From NCBI GenBank assembly GCA_000043285.1, contig BX248583.1:150001-182000 (forward strand): 32,000 nucleotides of DNA, in the 5' to 3' direction. The position numbers and the translations under genes were made by a program. Position 1 is the stretch's first letter; each line of letters opens with the position of its first letter. Of this stretch, positions 1 through 10,464 are shown piece by piece. Source of the DNA: Candidatus Blochmanniella floridana (GTDB taxonomy: Bacteria; Pseudomonadota; Gammaproteobacteria; Enterobacterales; Enterobacteriaceae). The notes under the pieces were generated by a model. It did no database searches and was not told the DNA's origin. It saw only the letters and a list, made by a program, of their open reading frames with translations.

Positions 1-1384
1 TGTCGACAAAATGTCCAGCAATGGCAGCAGCTGCTGCCATTGCTGGACTGACTAAATGAGTAAGTCCTCCTCGACCTTGTCGTCCTTCAAAGTTTCGATT
101 ACTTGTAGAAGCGCAACGTTCTCCTGCGTTTAATCGATCTTCGTTCATACCTAAACACATGGAACAACCAGGTAAACGCCATTCAAAACCGGCTTTTATA
201 AATATTGAATCTAATCCTTCTTTTTCAGCTTGTTTTTTAACTGGTTTAGATCCCGGTACTACTATAGCATGGACGTTATTGGATATTTTATGATCTTTGA
301 TAATATTAGCAGCGGATCTTAAATCTTCGATTCTTGAATTTGTGCATGATCCTATAAATACTTTATCTATAGAAATATTTGTTAAATAAGTATTAGGAGT
401 TAACTTCATGTAATTTAAAGCTTGTATAACGGATTTACGTTCTATAGGATCTGTAAAAATTTCTAATTTAGGTATAGGTTGGTCAATAGAAATAACCTGG
501 CTAGGATTAGTTCCCCAAGTTATTTGTGGTTTAATATTAGATATATCGAAATTGAATATTTTGTCAAAATTAGTATCATGATCAGAATGTAAAGTATTCC
601 AGAATAAAAGAGCTTGATTCCAATGCGTTTTATTTGGGGAAAATTTTTTATTTTTTAAATAATTATAAGTAGTTACGTCTGGAGCTATTAAAGCAGATGC
701 AGCTCCCATCTCGATGGACATATTGCAAATAGTCATTCGTTCTTCCATGCTGAGTGTATTGATAACATCACCATAAAATTCTACTATATAACCTGATGCC
801 CCTCCGTGCCCGATTTTTCCTATTATAAATAAGATTAAATCCTTTGCTGTGATATAAGGTGGTATTGTTCCGAATAAATTTATTCCCATTGATTTATATT
901 TAGGTTGTCTTAGGGTTTGTGTAACTAATACATGCTCTATTTCTGATGTTCCAATACCAAAAGATAATGCCCCAAAAGCTCCATGAGTGGAAGTATGTGA
1001 ATCCCCACATACAACTGTCATACCAGGGAGTATAATACCTTGTTCTGGGGCTAAAACATGAATGATACCTTGGTGAGGATGACTTAAATCAAATAATGTA
1101 ATGTTAAAATCTTTGCAATTTTTTGTTAATTGATTTAATTGTATTTTAGACATACCTTCAATAGAATGTATATTTTGCATAATGGTAGGAACATTATGAT
1201 CCATAGTAGCAAAAGTTTTATTTGGTCTTCTGATTTTTCGATTTTTAAATCTGATAGATTCAAAAGCTTGAGGTGAAGTGACTTCATGTAATAAATGACG
1301 ATCAATATATAGTATTGGATCATCATTCGTATCTTCATGTATTACATGTGAATCATATATTTTGTGATATAATAATTTTCCCAT
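1..1384 (-). CDS. leuC: 3-isopropylmalate dehydratase large subunit, 3' end truncated by window edge (about 5-6 codons missing)
   Basis: Not in the ORF track because no stop lies in the window. The minus-strand translation from the ATG at 1384-1382 reads [41 protein letters not shown]. The same frame at the window edge reads [31 protein letters not shown], matching the E. coli LeuC N- and C-termini. Both ends are in one frame across 461 codons. An in-frame upstream ATG at 1396-1394 overlaps the leuB stop (TAATG) and is an alternative start. Confidence 0.93.
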   Translation of the reverse strand, partial: MGKLLYHKIYDSHVIHEDTNDDPILYIDRHLLHEVTSPQAFESIRFKNRKIRRPNKTFATMDHNVPTIMQNIHSIEGMSKIQLNQLTKNCKDFNITLFDLSHPHQGIIHVLAPEQGIILPGMTVVCGDSHTSTHGAFGALSFGIGTSEIEHVLVTQTLRQPKYKSMGINLFGTIPPYITAKDLILFIIGKIGHGGASGYIVEFYGDVINTLSMEERMTICNMSIEMGAASALIAPDVTTYNYLKNKKFSPNKTHWNQALLFWNTLHSDHDTNFDKIFNFDISNIKPQITWGTNPSQVISIDQPIPKLEIFTDPIERKSVIQALNYMKLTPNTYLTNISIDKVFIGSCTNSRIEDLRSAANIIKDHKISNNVHAIVVPGSKPVKKQAEKEGLDSIFIKAGFEWRLPGCSMCLGMNEDRLNAGERCASTSNRNFEGRQGRGGLTHLVSPAMAAAAAIAGHFVD

Positions 1385-1395
1385 AAATATACTCA

Positions 1396-2490
1396 TTATA
1401 ATTTATATATTAACGATGCAATGATATCACCCATATCATCTGTATTGACGCTTTTTTGTTTATTATACGCTATATCTTGAGTACGATATCCTAATGTTAA
1501 TGCTTTATATACTGCTTTTTCAATGGTGATAGCAACATGATTTAGTTTTAAACTATATCGAAATAATAAGGCAGTAGATAGAATTTGAGCAATAGGATTA
1601 GCTATATTTTTTCCTGCAATATCTGGAGCAGATCCTCCAGCTGGTTCGTATAAGCCAAAATTATGTTCATTAAGGCTAGCAGAGGGTAATATACCTATAG
1701 AACCATTAATTTCTGCGCATTCATCTGATAAAATGTCTCCAAATAAGTTTGGGCATAAAATTACATCAAAAGCAGATGGATTTCGAATAAGTTGCATGGA
1801 AGCATTGTCCACATATAAATGTTGTAAATGAACATTAGGGTAATTGGAAGCTACTTCCGAAACTACTTTTCTCCATAACATGGAAGTATGTAAGACGTTT
1901 GCTTTATCTATAGATGTAACATGTTTGCGTCGTTTTTGAGCTAATTTAAATGCAAAATGGGCGATACGTTCGATTTCAAAACGATGGTAAATTGCAGTAT
2001 CAAATGCGTGTTCTTGAGATCTTATTCCGGATTTGCCTTGAGGTTTACCAAAGTAAATACCTCCGATTAATTCTCGTATACATATCATATCTAATCCTTG
2101 AGAAATAATTTCTGGTTTCAAGGGAGATAAATTGATTAATTCAATAGGAAGATATATCGGTCTTAAATTAATAAATAGATTAAAATGTTTGCGTAGAGTT
2201 AGCAAAGCTCCAAATTCTGGTCTTGATGTTTCATTGATATTATTCCATTTTGGTCCTCCTACTGCTCCGAACAATATAGCGTTTGATTTTTCACAGTTTT
2301 TTATAGTATCTTTAGGTAAAGGAGAGCCTTCTAGATCAAGTGCGTTACCTCCTACTTTATATTCGGTTGTGATAATATTAATTTTAAATTTATTTTTTAC
2401 TGTATTAAGAATTTTATATGCTTGTTGCATAATTTCTGGACCTATACCATCTCCTGGTAATATTGCAATATGGTAAGTATTATTATTCAT
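1396..2490 (-). CDS. leuB: 3-isopropylmalate dehydrogenase
   Basis: 364-aa ORF. The N-terminus [16 protein letters not shown] matches E. coli LeuB ([16 protein letters not shown]). Length and position between leuA and leuC are as expected. Confidence 0.96.
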   Translation of the reverse strand: MNNNTYHIAILPGDGIGPEIMQQAYKILNTVKNKFKINIITTEYKVGGNALDLEGSPLPKDTIKNCEKSNAILFGAVGGPKWNNINETSRPEFGALLTLRKHFNLFINLRPIYLPIELINLSPLKPEIISQGLDMICIRELIGGIYFGKPQGKSGIRSQEHAFDTAIYHRFEIERIAHFAFKLAQKRRKHVTSIDKANVLHTSMLWRKVVSEVASNYPNVHLQHLYVDNASMQLIRNPSAFDVILCPNLFGDILSDECAEINGSIGILPSASLNEHNFGLYEPAGGSAPDIAGKNIANPIAQILSTALLFRYSLKLNHVAITIEKAVYKALTLGYRTQDIAYNKQKSVNTDDMGDIIASLIYKL

Positions 2491-2513
2491 AAATTGTTAA
2501 CTCTGTAAGTATG

Positions 2514-4073
2514 CTATTTTTTTATATGCTGGGTATTTTTATGATTTATCGTTATTTGTTTAGTTTGCCAAATATTATTTAACGCTTGAATCATTGCTAT
2601 AATCGATGCTTTAATAATATCTATATTTGATCCAATGCCATGAAAATGACGTCCTTGGTATGATACAATAATATTTACTTGTCCTAATATATTGTATTCG
2701 TATTTTTTGGAATGAAGTTGATATTTTTCTAATTTTATAGGTAATTTAGAGATTAGTGTTAATGCTTTATATGCTGCATCTATTGGGCCTCTACCTGTTG
2801 TTGAACAGCTATGTATTTTTTTTTCTTTCCCGCAATATAAATTAATTATAGCATTAGATAATGCTGATGAAGTAGAATGAATGTGGAAAGATTCTAATGC
2901 AAAATATTCTAAGTATTCTTGAGAGTACTTTGTAAAAGCTAACGCTTCTAGTTCATAATTGAATACTCTTCCTTTTTGATCAGCTAATTTTAGAAAAACT
3001 TTATATAGTTCATCTATATTGTAATCATGTTCTTGGTATCCCATTTTTTCCATGTGATATTTAACAGCTGCTCTTCCTGATCGTGATGTTAAATTAAGTT
3101 GAACTTTTTTTAATCCGATGTTTTTGGGATTCATTATTTCATAATTTTTTTTATTTTTTAATACTCCATCTTGATGAATACCTGAAGAGTGAGAAAATGC
3201 ATTTGATCCAACTATTGCTTTGTTTGCTGGAATAGGCATGTTGCATAGTTGACTTACTACTTGGCTGGTTTGATAAATTTCATGGTGGTGAATATTAGTA
3301 TATACGTGTAATAGATCATGTCGTATTTTGATAGCCATAATTATTTCTTCTAGAGCTGTGTTTCCTGCTCGTTCTCCGATACCATTGATAGTACCTTCTA
3401 TTTGGCGAGCTCCAGCTTGTATTGCAGAAATCGAATTACCTACTGCCATTCCTAAATCATCATGACAATGGACGGAGATAATAGCTTGGTCAATAATCGG
3501 GACTTTTTTATATAAAGAATAAATAATTTCACTAAATTGATTGGGGATAGTATAACCAACTGTGTCTGGTATATTGATAGTACGTGCTCCTGATTTAATA
3601 GCGATTTCGACAATACGGCATAAGTTATCAATTGATGTACGCCCAGCATCTTCACAGGAAAATTCTACATCATCAGTATATTTTCTTGCATAACGAATTG
3701 AATGGGTAGTCATATCTATAATTTGATCGAAATTTTTTCTCAATTTAGATTGAATATGTATAGCAGATGTTGGTAAAAATATATGAATGCGAAATTTTTT
3801 TGCAGATTTTAAAGCTTCGGCTGCAATATCAATATCTTTTTCTAGACATCGAGCTAATCCACATACACAGCTATTTTGTATATTTTGAGCTATTGTGTGT
3901 ACTGATTCAAAATCTCCTGGAGAAGATATTGGAAATCCTACTTCCATAACATCTACTCCTAATTTTTCTAAAGCGAAAGCTATTTGGAGTTTTTCTTTTA
4001 CACTTAAGCTAGTTTGTAAGGATTGTTCTCCATCTCGTAAAGTTGTATCAAAAATAATCACTTGTTGATGCAT
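2514..4073 (-). CDS. leuA: 2-isopropylmalate synthase
   Basis: The ORF-track frame 2514..4088 begins at a GTG. The ATG at 4073-4071 gives [17 protein letters not shown], collinear with E. coli Leu[18 protein letters not shown]. The motifs [14 protein letters not shown] and [13 protein letters not shown] are conserved. Confidence 0.95.
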   Translation of the reverse strand: MHQQVIIFDTTLRDGEQSLQTSLSVKEKLQIAFALEKLGVDVMEVGFPISSPGDFESVHTIAQNIQNSCVCGLARCLEKDIDIAAEALKSAKKFRIHIFLPTSAIHIQSKLRKNFDQIIDMTTHSIRYARKYTDDVEFSCEDAGRTSIDNLCRIVEIAIKSGARTINIPDTVGYTIPNQFSEIIYSLYKKVPIIDQAIISVHCHDDLGMAVGNSISAIQAGARQIEGTINGIGERAGNTALEEIIMAIKIRHDLLHVYTNIHHHEIYQTSQVVSQLCNMPIPANKAIVGSNAFSHSSGIHQDGVLKNKKNYEIMNPKNIGLKKVQLNLTSRSGRAAVKYHMEKMGYQEHDYNIDELYKVFLKLADQKGRVFNYELEALAFTKYSQEYLEYFALESFHIHSTSSALSNAIINLYCGKEKKIHSCSTTGRGPIDAAYKALTLISKLPIKLEKYQLHSKKYEYNILGQVNIIVSYQGRHFHGIGSNIDIIKASIIAMIQALNNIWQTKQITINHKNTQHIKK

Positions 4074-4408
4074 AGATAAAGTATCCACGATTAATAAGCA
4101 TTAAGAATAGATTATATATATTGTTGTGATGTTAGTCGTTGTAGTTAAATAAACTTGATGTCTGAACAATAATAATTTATTACATTAAATTTAATTAAAA
4201 CGTATTATATATTATTTGTCAACCCATACATATATAATTTATTGTTTCAATAATAATTAATTAGTATATAGAAGAAACATTAATTTTTTGAGATATATAA
4301 TAATATATACATATTATATGTAATGTTATAAAGTTATGATGATGAAATCTACATATTGTAATTAAATAATTTTAATTTTGATTAAATTTTTTTAAATAAT
4401 ATAAATTC

Positions 4409-4438
4409 TTGCATGAATTATGATTATTTAAGTATAAT
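4409..4438 (+). promoter_or_regulatory. Candidate sigma70 promoter for the rsmH-led dcw operon (TTGCAT, 18-nt spacer, TATAAT)
   Basis: TTGCAT lies at 4409-4414 and TATAAT at 4433-4438, 22 nt upstream of the rsmH ATG. Such hexamers arise easily by chance in DNA this AT-rich, so this is only a candidate. Confidence 0.2.
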
Positions 4439-4459
4439 ATTTATTTATTTAATATATAT

Positions 4460-5425
4460 ATGTTCATTATGCATCATAACAGTGTATTATTACATGAAGC
4501 AATAAATGCTTTAAATATTAATCCTTCTGGAATATATATTGATGGAACATTTGGTTTAGGTGGACATTCTCATTATATTTTATCTAAATTAACTAGTCAT
4601 GGTCGATTAATTGCTATGGATAGGGATTGGTCAGCAGTTAATATCGGAGAAGTACTTACTAAACAAGATGGGAGATTTTCCATTATACATGCTCCATTTT
4701 CTAAAATGCTTCGGTGTATTTACAATATGAATTTAGTTGGTTTAATTAATGGTATTTTGTTAGATTTAGGAGTATGTGAATCGCAATTGACTGATTCTAG
4801 TCGAGGTTTTTCTTTTATGAGGGATGGTCCTTTAGATATGCGAATGGATAATAGTGTAGGTCAATCTGCGTATGAATGGATTGCTAAAGCATCTCAAAAA
4901 GACATTGAGTGGGTGTTGAGAACTTTTGGAGAAGAGAAATTATCTAAAAAAATTGCTCGGTCTATTGTGTTAAAACGTGAAGTATATCCTATTGATCGGA
5001 CATCGGCGTTATCTGAAATTATTAGTGATACTGTTTTATATTATAATAATAGATATAATCGAAGGAAACATCCTGCAACACGTAGTTTTTTAGCAATTCG
5101 TATTTATATTAATGAAGAATTAGTAGAAATAATGAAGATATTACAAGATGTATTTAAATTGCTTGCTCCTGGAGGGAGATTGGTAGTAATTAGTTTTAAT
5201 TCATTAGAAGATCGTATAGTGAAAAAATTTATTAATCAATATAGCAGAGTTTTTGCTTATCCTCCTAAAATACCATTAACTCATACTCAATTATTGCATA
5301 AATATTCTGGTACTATGAAATTTAAAAATTTAGGAAAAATAAAACCTACTGTTTTAGAAATTAAAAAGAATATTCGAGCTCGTTCTGCGATTTTACGTTA
5401 TGCTGAAAAATTGATATATATGTAA
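4460..5425 (+). CDS. rsmH: 16S rRNA m4C1402 methyltransferase
   Basis: 321-aa ORF. VLLHEAINALNINPSGIYIDGTFGLGGHS, FSFMRDGPLDMRM and SFNSLEDRIVK are collinear with E. coli RsmH/MraW. It is the first gene of the dcw cluster. An alternative ATG lies at 4469. Confidence 0.95.
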   Translation: MFIMHHNSVLLHEAINALNINPSGIYIDGTFGLGGHSHYILSKLTSHGRLIAMDRDWSAVNIGEVLTKQDGRFSIIHAPFSKMLRCIYNMNLVGLINGILLDLGVCESQLTDSSRGFSFMRDGPLDMRMDNSVGQSAYEWIAKASQKDIEWVLRTFGEEKLSKKIARSIVLKREVYPIDRTSALSEIISDTVLYYNNRYNRRKHPATRSFLAIRIYINEELVEIMKILQDVFKLLAPGGRLVVISFNSLEDRIVKKFINQYSRVFAYPPKIPLTHTQLLHKYSGTMKFKNLGKIKPTVLEIKKNIRARSAILRYAEKLIYM

Positions 5426-5427
5426 TT

Positions 5428-5739
5428 ATGCAAAAGCAAAGATTTACTCTAGTTAAAATTATTTATGATGATTTGTGTATATACGGAAAAGTACGGTTGC
5501 TTTTATTGTTGTTCATTATGGTATCCGCAATGTTAGTTATTATAGTAACACATCAAACTAGATGCATGATCATGGAGCAGGATAAATTTTTATTGGAAGT
5601 AAATATGCTAGATCACGAATGGAGTAATTTAATATTAGAGAAAAAGAAGTTATCTAATCATATTAGAGTGGAAAGTATTGCTATACAGAAATTACAAATG
5701 CGTTATACGGATCCTATATTAGATAATATGTATAAATAA
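5428..5739 (+). CDS. ftsL: Cell division protein FtsL
   Basis: 103-aa ORF with a single hydrophobic span (LLLLLFIMVSAMLVIIV). HEWSNLILEKKKLSNHIRVESIAIQKLQM resembles E. coli FtsL [29 protein letters not shown]. It starts 2 nt after the rsmH stop. Confidence 0.9.
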   Translation: MQKQRFTLVKIIYDDLCIYGKVRLLLLLFIMVSAMLVIIVTHQTRCMIMEQDKFLLEVNMLDHEWSNLILEKKKLSNHIRVESIAIQKLQMRYTDPILDNMYK

Positions 5740-5821
5740 ATTTATATGTTAGTAATAAAAATTTACAAAAATACTACGCAATAATATATATTTATATATT
5801 TTAGATATAAATACTAATCTA

Positions 5822-7525
5822 ATGAATGTTAATAATACAATGTTTTTAAATCGTAAACGTTTATATATATTATATGGTAGTATTTTTTTTATATTTTTAT
5901 TTTTAGTGTTAAGATTAATTTATTTACAGATCATCTCATCAGAGAATTTAATTAATTCGGGAAATAAACGTTCGTTACGAATACAAAATATTTTAAAATC
6001 TCGAGGAGTTATTACAGATAGAATGGGTCGATTATTGGCTGTTGATATTCCAGTTTATTCTGTATGGGTCGATCCTCAAGAAATTAGTAAGTGTAATGGA
6101 GTGTATAATGATATTTCATCATGGTCGGTTATATCTAAGATATTAAATATTCCTATAAAGAAGTTGTTTGTGTTATTGAATGAACATCATACTGATCGTT
6201 TTGTATATTTATCTCGTCAAGTTGATTCTATTGTTGTTCAAAAAATTAAAAAATTAAAATTGTCAGGAATTTATATACAACAAGAATCAAAAAGATATTA
6301 TCCTGCTGGATCTTCTGCTGCTCATCTTATTGGAATAACGAATATAGATAATCAAGGAATTGAAGGAGTAGAAAAAAGTTTTGATTCTTGGTTATCTGGT
6401 TGTCCTAAAACAAGATTAGTACGGCAAGATAGATCTAGACAAGTAGTTGAGGAAATTGCTTTACTAAATCATGGATGTTCTCCTAAAAGTATTACATTAA
6501 GTATTGATGAGCGTTTGCAGTTTGTAGCATATCAAGAATTGAGTAATGCTGTTAGTTTAAATAAAGCAGAATCAGGTAGTATAGTATTAATAGATATTAA
6601 TACTGGTGAGATTTTAGCTATGGCAAATAGTCCTTCATATGATCCAAATAATTTTTCTATTATTGATCAATCAGTGATGAGAAACCGAGCTATTACTGAT
6701 TCTTTTGAGCCAGGATCTACTATTAAACCGATTGTAATTATGATGGCATTAGAACATAAAGTAATAGAAAAAGATACTATAATTAATACATTGCCGTATG
6801 TAATTCATGGTCATCGAATAAAAGATGTATCATTGCATAATGAACTTACTATTAGTGATATTTTAAAAAAATCTAGTAATGTTGGTATTTCTAGATTAGC
6901 ATTATCTATGCCTGTATCAGTGTTAATAGATACATATATAAAATTTGGAATAGGGGAAATGACAAATATTGGTTTAATAGGGGAAAATAAAGGAAGAATA
7001 TATTCTGATATTAAATATTATTCTGCCATAGAACACGCTGCTCTTTCATATGGATATGGATTAATGTTAACTCCGTTGCAATTAGCTAAAGTTTACGCTA
7101 CCATTGGAGGTATGGGTTTATCTCGTCCTATTTCTATTATTAAAATTGATAATCCTGTTTCTTTAATATCATCAGAGAATCAAGTATTTTCCGAGTCTTT
7201 AGTTCGTACTGTTATAGATATGATGGATGTTACTACGTTATCAAATAGTGGGTGTTGTAAAGCTGCAATCGAAGGTTATCGTGTCGCGGTTAAGACAGGT
7301 ACTATTAAAAAGGTTGGACCGCATGGGAAATATATTAATAGGTATATTGCATGTATGGCAGGGGTAGCTCCGTCTAGTAATCCTCGTTTTGCATTAGCTG
7401 TAGTAATCAATGATCCAAAGAATGGACGGTATTATGGGGGATCTGTATCTGCTCCAGTATTTAGATCGGTTATGAGTAGTGCATTAAAAATAATGAATGT
7501 GAATCCAGATTTTTTACAAAAATGA
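5822..7525 (+). CDS. ftsI: Peptidoglycan D,D-transpeptidase FtsI (PBP3)
   Basis: 567-aa ORF with an N-terminal TM segment. The penicillin-binding motifs STIK (EPGSTIKP), SSN (KKSSNVG) and KTG (VKTGT) are present. It holds the canonical position after ftsL. Confidence 0.95.
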   Translation: MNVNNTMFLNRKRLYILYGSIFFIFLFLVLRLIYLQIISSENLINSGNKRSLRIQNILKSRGVITDRMGRLLAVDIPVYSVWVDPQEISKCNGVYNDISSWSVISKILNIPIKKLFVLLNEHHTDRFVYLSRQVDSIVVQKIKKLKLSGIYIQQESKRYYPAGSSAAHLIGITNIDNQGIEGVEKSFDSWLSGCPKTRLVRQDRSRQVVEEIALLNHGCSPKSITLSIDERLQFVAYQELSNAVSLNKAESGSIVLIDINTGEILAMANSPSYDPNNFSIIDQSVMRNRAITDSFEPGSTIKPIVIMMALEHKVIEKDTIINTLPYVIHGHRIKDVSLHNELTISDILKKSSNVGISRLALSMPVSVLIDTYIKFGIGEMTNIGLIGENKGRIYSDIKYYSAIEHAALSYGYGLMLTPLQLAKVYATIGGMGLSRPISIIKIDNPVSLISSENQVFSESLVRTVIDMMDVTTLSNSGCCKAAIEGYRVAVKTGTIKKVGPHGKYINRYIACMAGVAPSSNPRFALAVVINDPKNGRYYGGSVSAPVFRSVMSSALKIMNVNPDFLQK

Positions 7526-7556
7526 TGAAGGTAATAATAATTTAATTATAATTAAT

Positions 7557-9056
7557 ATGTTTAAGTTAAAGCAATTACATGAATTAATTGTGCCATGGAT
7601 ATCCGGAATAAATGTAAAAATACCTTATTTAACTGGTTTAGAATTAGATAGTCGTAATATTAATTTTGGTAATTTATTTATAGCAATTCAGGGTTATAAT
7701 ACTGATGGTAGGTTACATATTGATGATGCCATTAACAATGGTGCAGTTGCTATTTTATCAGAATCTTATAATAAAAGTACTTTTTTTATAAAGAAAATTG
7801 TTAATAATGTAGAAGTGATACCTATCATTTATTTTAATCAGTTAAATAAATGCATTTCTAACATAGCAGGGCGTTTTTATGATCATCCTTCGTTGTGTTT
7901 AAAATTAATAGGAGTGACAGGAACTAATGGTAAAACTACTATTACTCATTTGTTGACAAATTGGACAAGTTTATTAGGAGAGAGAAGTGCAGTTATGGGT
8001 ACTTTGGGTAATGGAGTTTTGAGTGATATCAATCCATCGTGTTGTACTACTTGTTCTGCTATTGAGACGCAAAAAATATTAAAACAATTTGTACAAAGTG
8101 GAGTTACATTTGTTGCTATGGAGATATCATCACATGGATTAGATCAATATCGTGTTGATTCTTTATATTTTGATGTTGCGATATTTTCAAATATAAGTAA
8201 TGATCATTTGGATTATCACAATAATATTAATCAGTATAGAATGGCTAAATGGAGATTATTTAATGAATTAAGAGTAAAAAATTATGTAATTAATGTTGAT
8301 GATTGTGTTGGTTATCGTTGGTTATTGAGCTTATCTAATGCGGTAGCGGTAACAATAAAAAATAATTTACCAAGATCTTGGTCAGGAAGATGGATAGCGT
8401 TAGTAAAAGCAGATTATTATCTTTATGGTACGAAAATTGTTTTTAAGTCGAGTTGGGGAAATGGGTTTATTCATAGTCAATTACTGGGTGAGGTTAATGT
8501 CAGTAATATATTGTTAGCTTTAGGAGCGTTATTGATCATGGGATATTCATTAAAGTCATTATTATATACAGGTTCAAAATTATATCCAGTATGTGGACGT
8601 TTGGAAGTATTATCATGTTTGAATCATCCTACGGTTATAGTTGATTATGCTCATACTCCAGATGCTTTGAAAAAAATTTTAATTTTTGCAAAGCATTTAT
8701 GCAATAAAGGTCGATTATGGTGTATTTTTGGTTGTGGCGGGAATAGAGATCGAAGTAAACGATCATTAATGGGTGTTATAGCAAATCGATATTCTGATTA
8801 TGTAATTATTACTAATGATAATCCACGTGTTGAAGATCCAAAATTAATTATAGATGATATTATTTGTAAAATTAGAAATTCTGAAAAATTAAAAATTATT
8901 GAAGATCGAGTATATGCAATAAATATGGTTGTTAGTAAAGCGTGTTCAGATGATTTTGTATTAATTTTAGGAAAAGGTCATGAAAAATATCAGAATATAG
9001 GACTTAATTATATAAGTCATTCTGATCAAGATATAGTGAAGAGTATTTTTAAGTGA
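7557..9056 (+). CDS. murE: UDP-N-acetylmuramoyl-L-alanyl-D-glutamate--2,6-diaminopimelate ligase
   Basis: 499-aa ORF. It has the Mur ligase P-loop GVTGTNGKTT and the DNPR motif (TNDNPRVEDP). It holds the canonical dcw position. Confidence 0.95.
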   Translation: MFKLKQLHELIVPWISGINVKIPYLTGLELDSRNINFGNLFIAIQGYNTDGRLHIDDAINNGAVAILSESYNKSTFFIKKIVNNVEVIPIIYFNQLNKCISNIAGRFYDHPSLCLKLIGVTGTNGKTTITHLLTNWTSLLGERSAVMGTLGNGVLSDINPSCCTTCSAIETQKILKQFVQSGVTFVAMEISSHGLDQYRVDSLYFDVAIFSNISNDHLDYHNNINQYRMAKWRLFNELRVKNYVINVDDCVGYRWLLSLSNAVAVTIKNNLPRSWSGRWIALVKADYYLYGTKIVFKSSWGNGFIHSQLLGEVNVSNILLALGALLIMGYSLKSLLYTGSKLYPVCGRLEVLSCLNHPTVIVDYAHTPDALKKILIFAKHLCNKGRLWCIFGCGGNRDRSKRSLMGVIANRYSDYVIITNDNPRVEDPKLIIDDIICKIRNSEKLKIIEDRVYAINMVVSKACSDDFVLILGKGHEKYQNIGLNYISHSDQDIVKSIFK

Positions 9057-9075
9057 AATTTTTTAATATAAGATA

Positions 9076-10464
9076 ATGATTTTATTAAGTGTGAGTGAAA
9101 TATCATTGATTTTAAATGCTAAAAGTATTGGTATGAATATGAATGTTCTTATCAATACCATTAGCACGAATTCTAATGAAATTAAAAAAAAATGCATGTT
9201 CATTGCATTGATAGGAAAACGTTATGATGGACATGATTTTATAGAACAAGCAGTAATGGCCGGAGCTCAGGCTGTGTTAGTAAATCGTTATGTATCAGTA
9301 AATGTTCCGCAAATTATTGTTGTTGATACATATCATGCTTTGGTAAAGATAGCTAGTTGGTTGAGGGATCGAGTATCATCAAAAGTTATAGCTATAACTG
9401 GATCTAGTGGAAAAACTTCTGTTAAAAACATGACAGTTTCTATTTTAAAAAATTGTGGAACAGTAGTGTCAACTCAAGGTAACCAGAATAATCTAATTGG
9501 TGTGCCAATAACATTGTTAAATTTGACATATCAGAGTGATTTTGCGGTTATTGAATTAGGATCTAATCAATTAGGAGAATTAAATAAATTAAGTAAAATT
9601 GTTGCCGCAGATGTAGCTTTGGTAAATAATATTTTTATATCTCATTTATCAGGATTTAGATCATTGAAAAGTATACAGCAGGAAAAGGGAGAAATTTTTT
9701 CTGGGCTTGCTTGTAATGGGCAAGTTGTTATAAATGGTGATAGTAATGCTGTTTTTATGTGGAATTCAATGTTGCAACTTAAAAAAAGATGGTGGTTTTC
9801 TATATATGTAAAAAAAGAAATGGATTTTTTTGCAAATAATATTTGTATATATCCACATGGAGTGCGATTTATATTAAGTAGTCCATATGGTGTAGCCCCA
9901 GTGTTTTTATCTATATTAGGTCGACATAGTGTGTCTAATGCGTTGGCAGCTAGTGCTCTTGCTTTTTCTGTAGGAGCAAATTTGTCTGAAATTGTTTATG
10001 GATTACAAAATATTCAACCATTACCTGGAAGATTATACCCAATTCTTTTAAATGATGGAAAATTATTGTTATTAGATGATACTTATAATTCTAATGTTGG
10101 TTCAATGATTGAAGCAATTAATGTATTAAGTGTAATGCCTGGTTATCGTATATTAGTAATAAGTGATATGTTAGAATTAGGTGAAAGATATGTTGCAATA
10201 CAATATCATTATTATATTGCAAGATTAATTAGTGAATCAAAAATTGATCAAATTTTAACTATAGGAAATATTAGTTATTTGATATCTAAAAATTGCAAAG
10301 AGGGTAAGCATTTTCATAATAAAAATAAATTGATTCGTTATTTATTGAACAATATATTATTTCAAAATACATATATTAGTATTTTAGTTAAGGGATCGCG
10401 TAGTTTTCAGATGGAACGGATAGTAGATATTATTAGGGATCAATTTGAATGTTATTCTGGATAA
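9076..10464 (+). CDS. murF: UDP-N-acetylmuramoyl-tripeptide--D-alanyl-D-alanine ligase
   Basis: 462-aa ORF with the P-loop ITGSSGKTS, DDTYNSN and a Mur ligase C-terminal domain. It lies between murE and mraY. Confidence 0.94.
   Translation: MILLSVSEISLILNAKSIGMNMNVLINTISTNSNEIKKKCMFIALIGKRYDGHDFIEQAVMAGAQAVLVNRYVSVNVPQIIVVDTYHALVKIASWLRDRVSSKVIAITGSSGKTSVKNMTVSILKNCGTVVSTQGNQNNLIGVPITLLNLTYQSDFAVIELGSNQLGELNKLSKIVAADVALVNNIFISHLSGFRSLKSIQQEKGEIFSGLACNGQVVINGDSNAVFMWNSMLQLKKRWWFSIYVKKEMDFFANNICIYPHGVRFILSSPYGVAPVFLSILGRHSVSNALAASALAFSVGANLSEIVYGLQNIQPLPGRLYPILLNDGKLLLLDDTYNSNVGSMIEAINVLSVMPGYRILVISDMLELGERYVAIQYHYYIARLISESKIDQILTIGNISYLISKNCKEGKHFHNKNKLIRYLLNNILFQNTYISILVKGSRSFQMERIVDIIRDQFECYSG

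Noticed and set aside
1135-1338. 67-aa minus-strand ORF from the track.
   Set aside because: It lies entirely inside leuC in a different frame. Its composition is low-complexity I/L/K-rich, typical of off-frame translation of AT-rich coding DNA.
2132-2476. 114-aa plus-strand ORF antisense to leuB.
   Set aside because: It is fully embedded antisense in the well-conserved leuB, has no recognisable motifs, and is most likely a chance open frame.
3452-3949. Two short ORFs (3452-3655 minus, 3767-3949 plus) within leuA.
   Set aside because: Both are alternative-frame or antisense frames inside the conserved leuA coding sequence, with no independent support.
4081-4089. GTATCCACG, resembling a DnaA box (TTATNCACA), at the leuA 5' end.
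   Set aside because: It matches only 7 of 9 positions, is a single copy without clustered boxes or an AT-rich unwinding repeat pattern, and overlaps the leuA start region.
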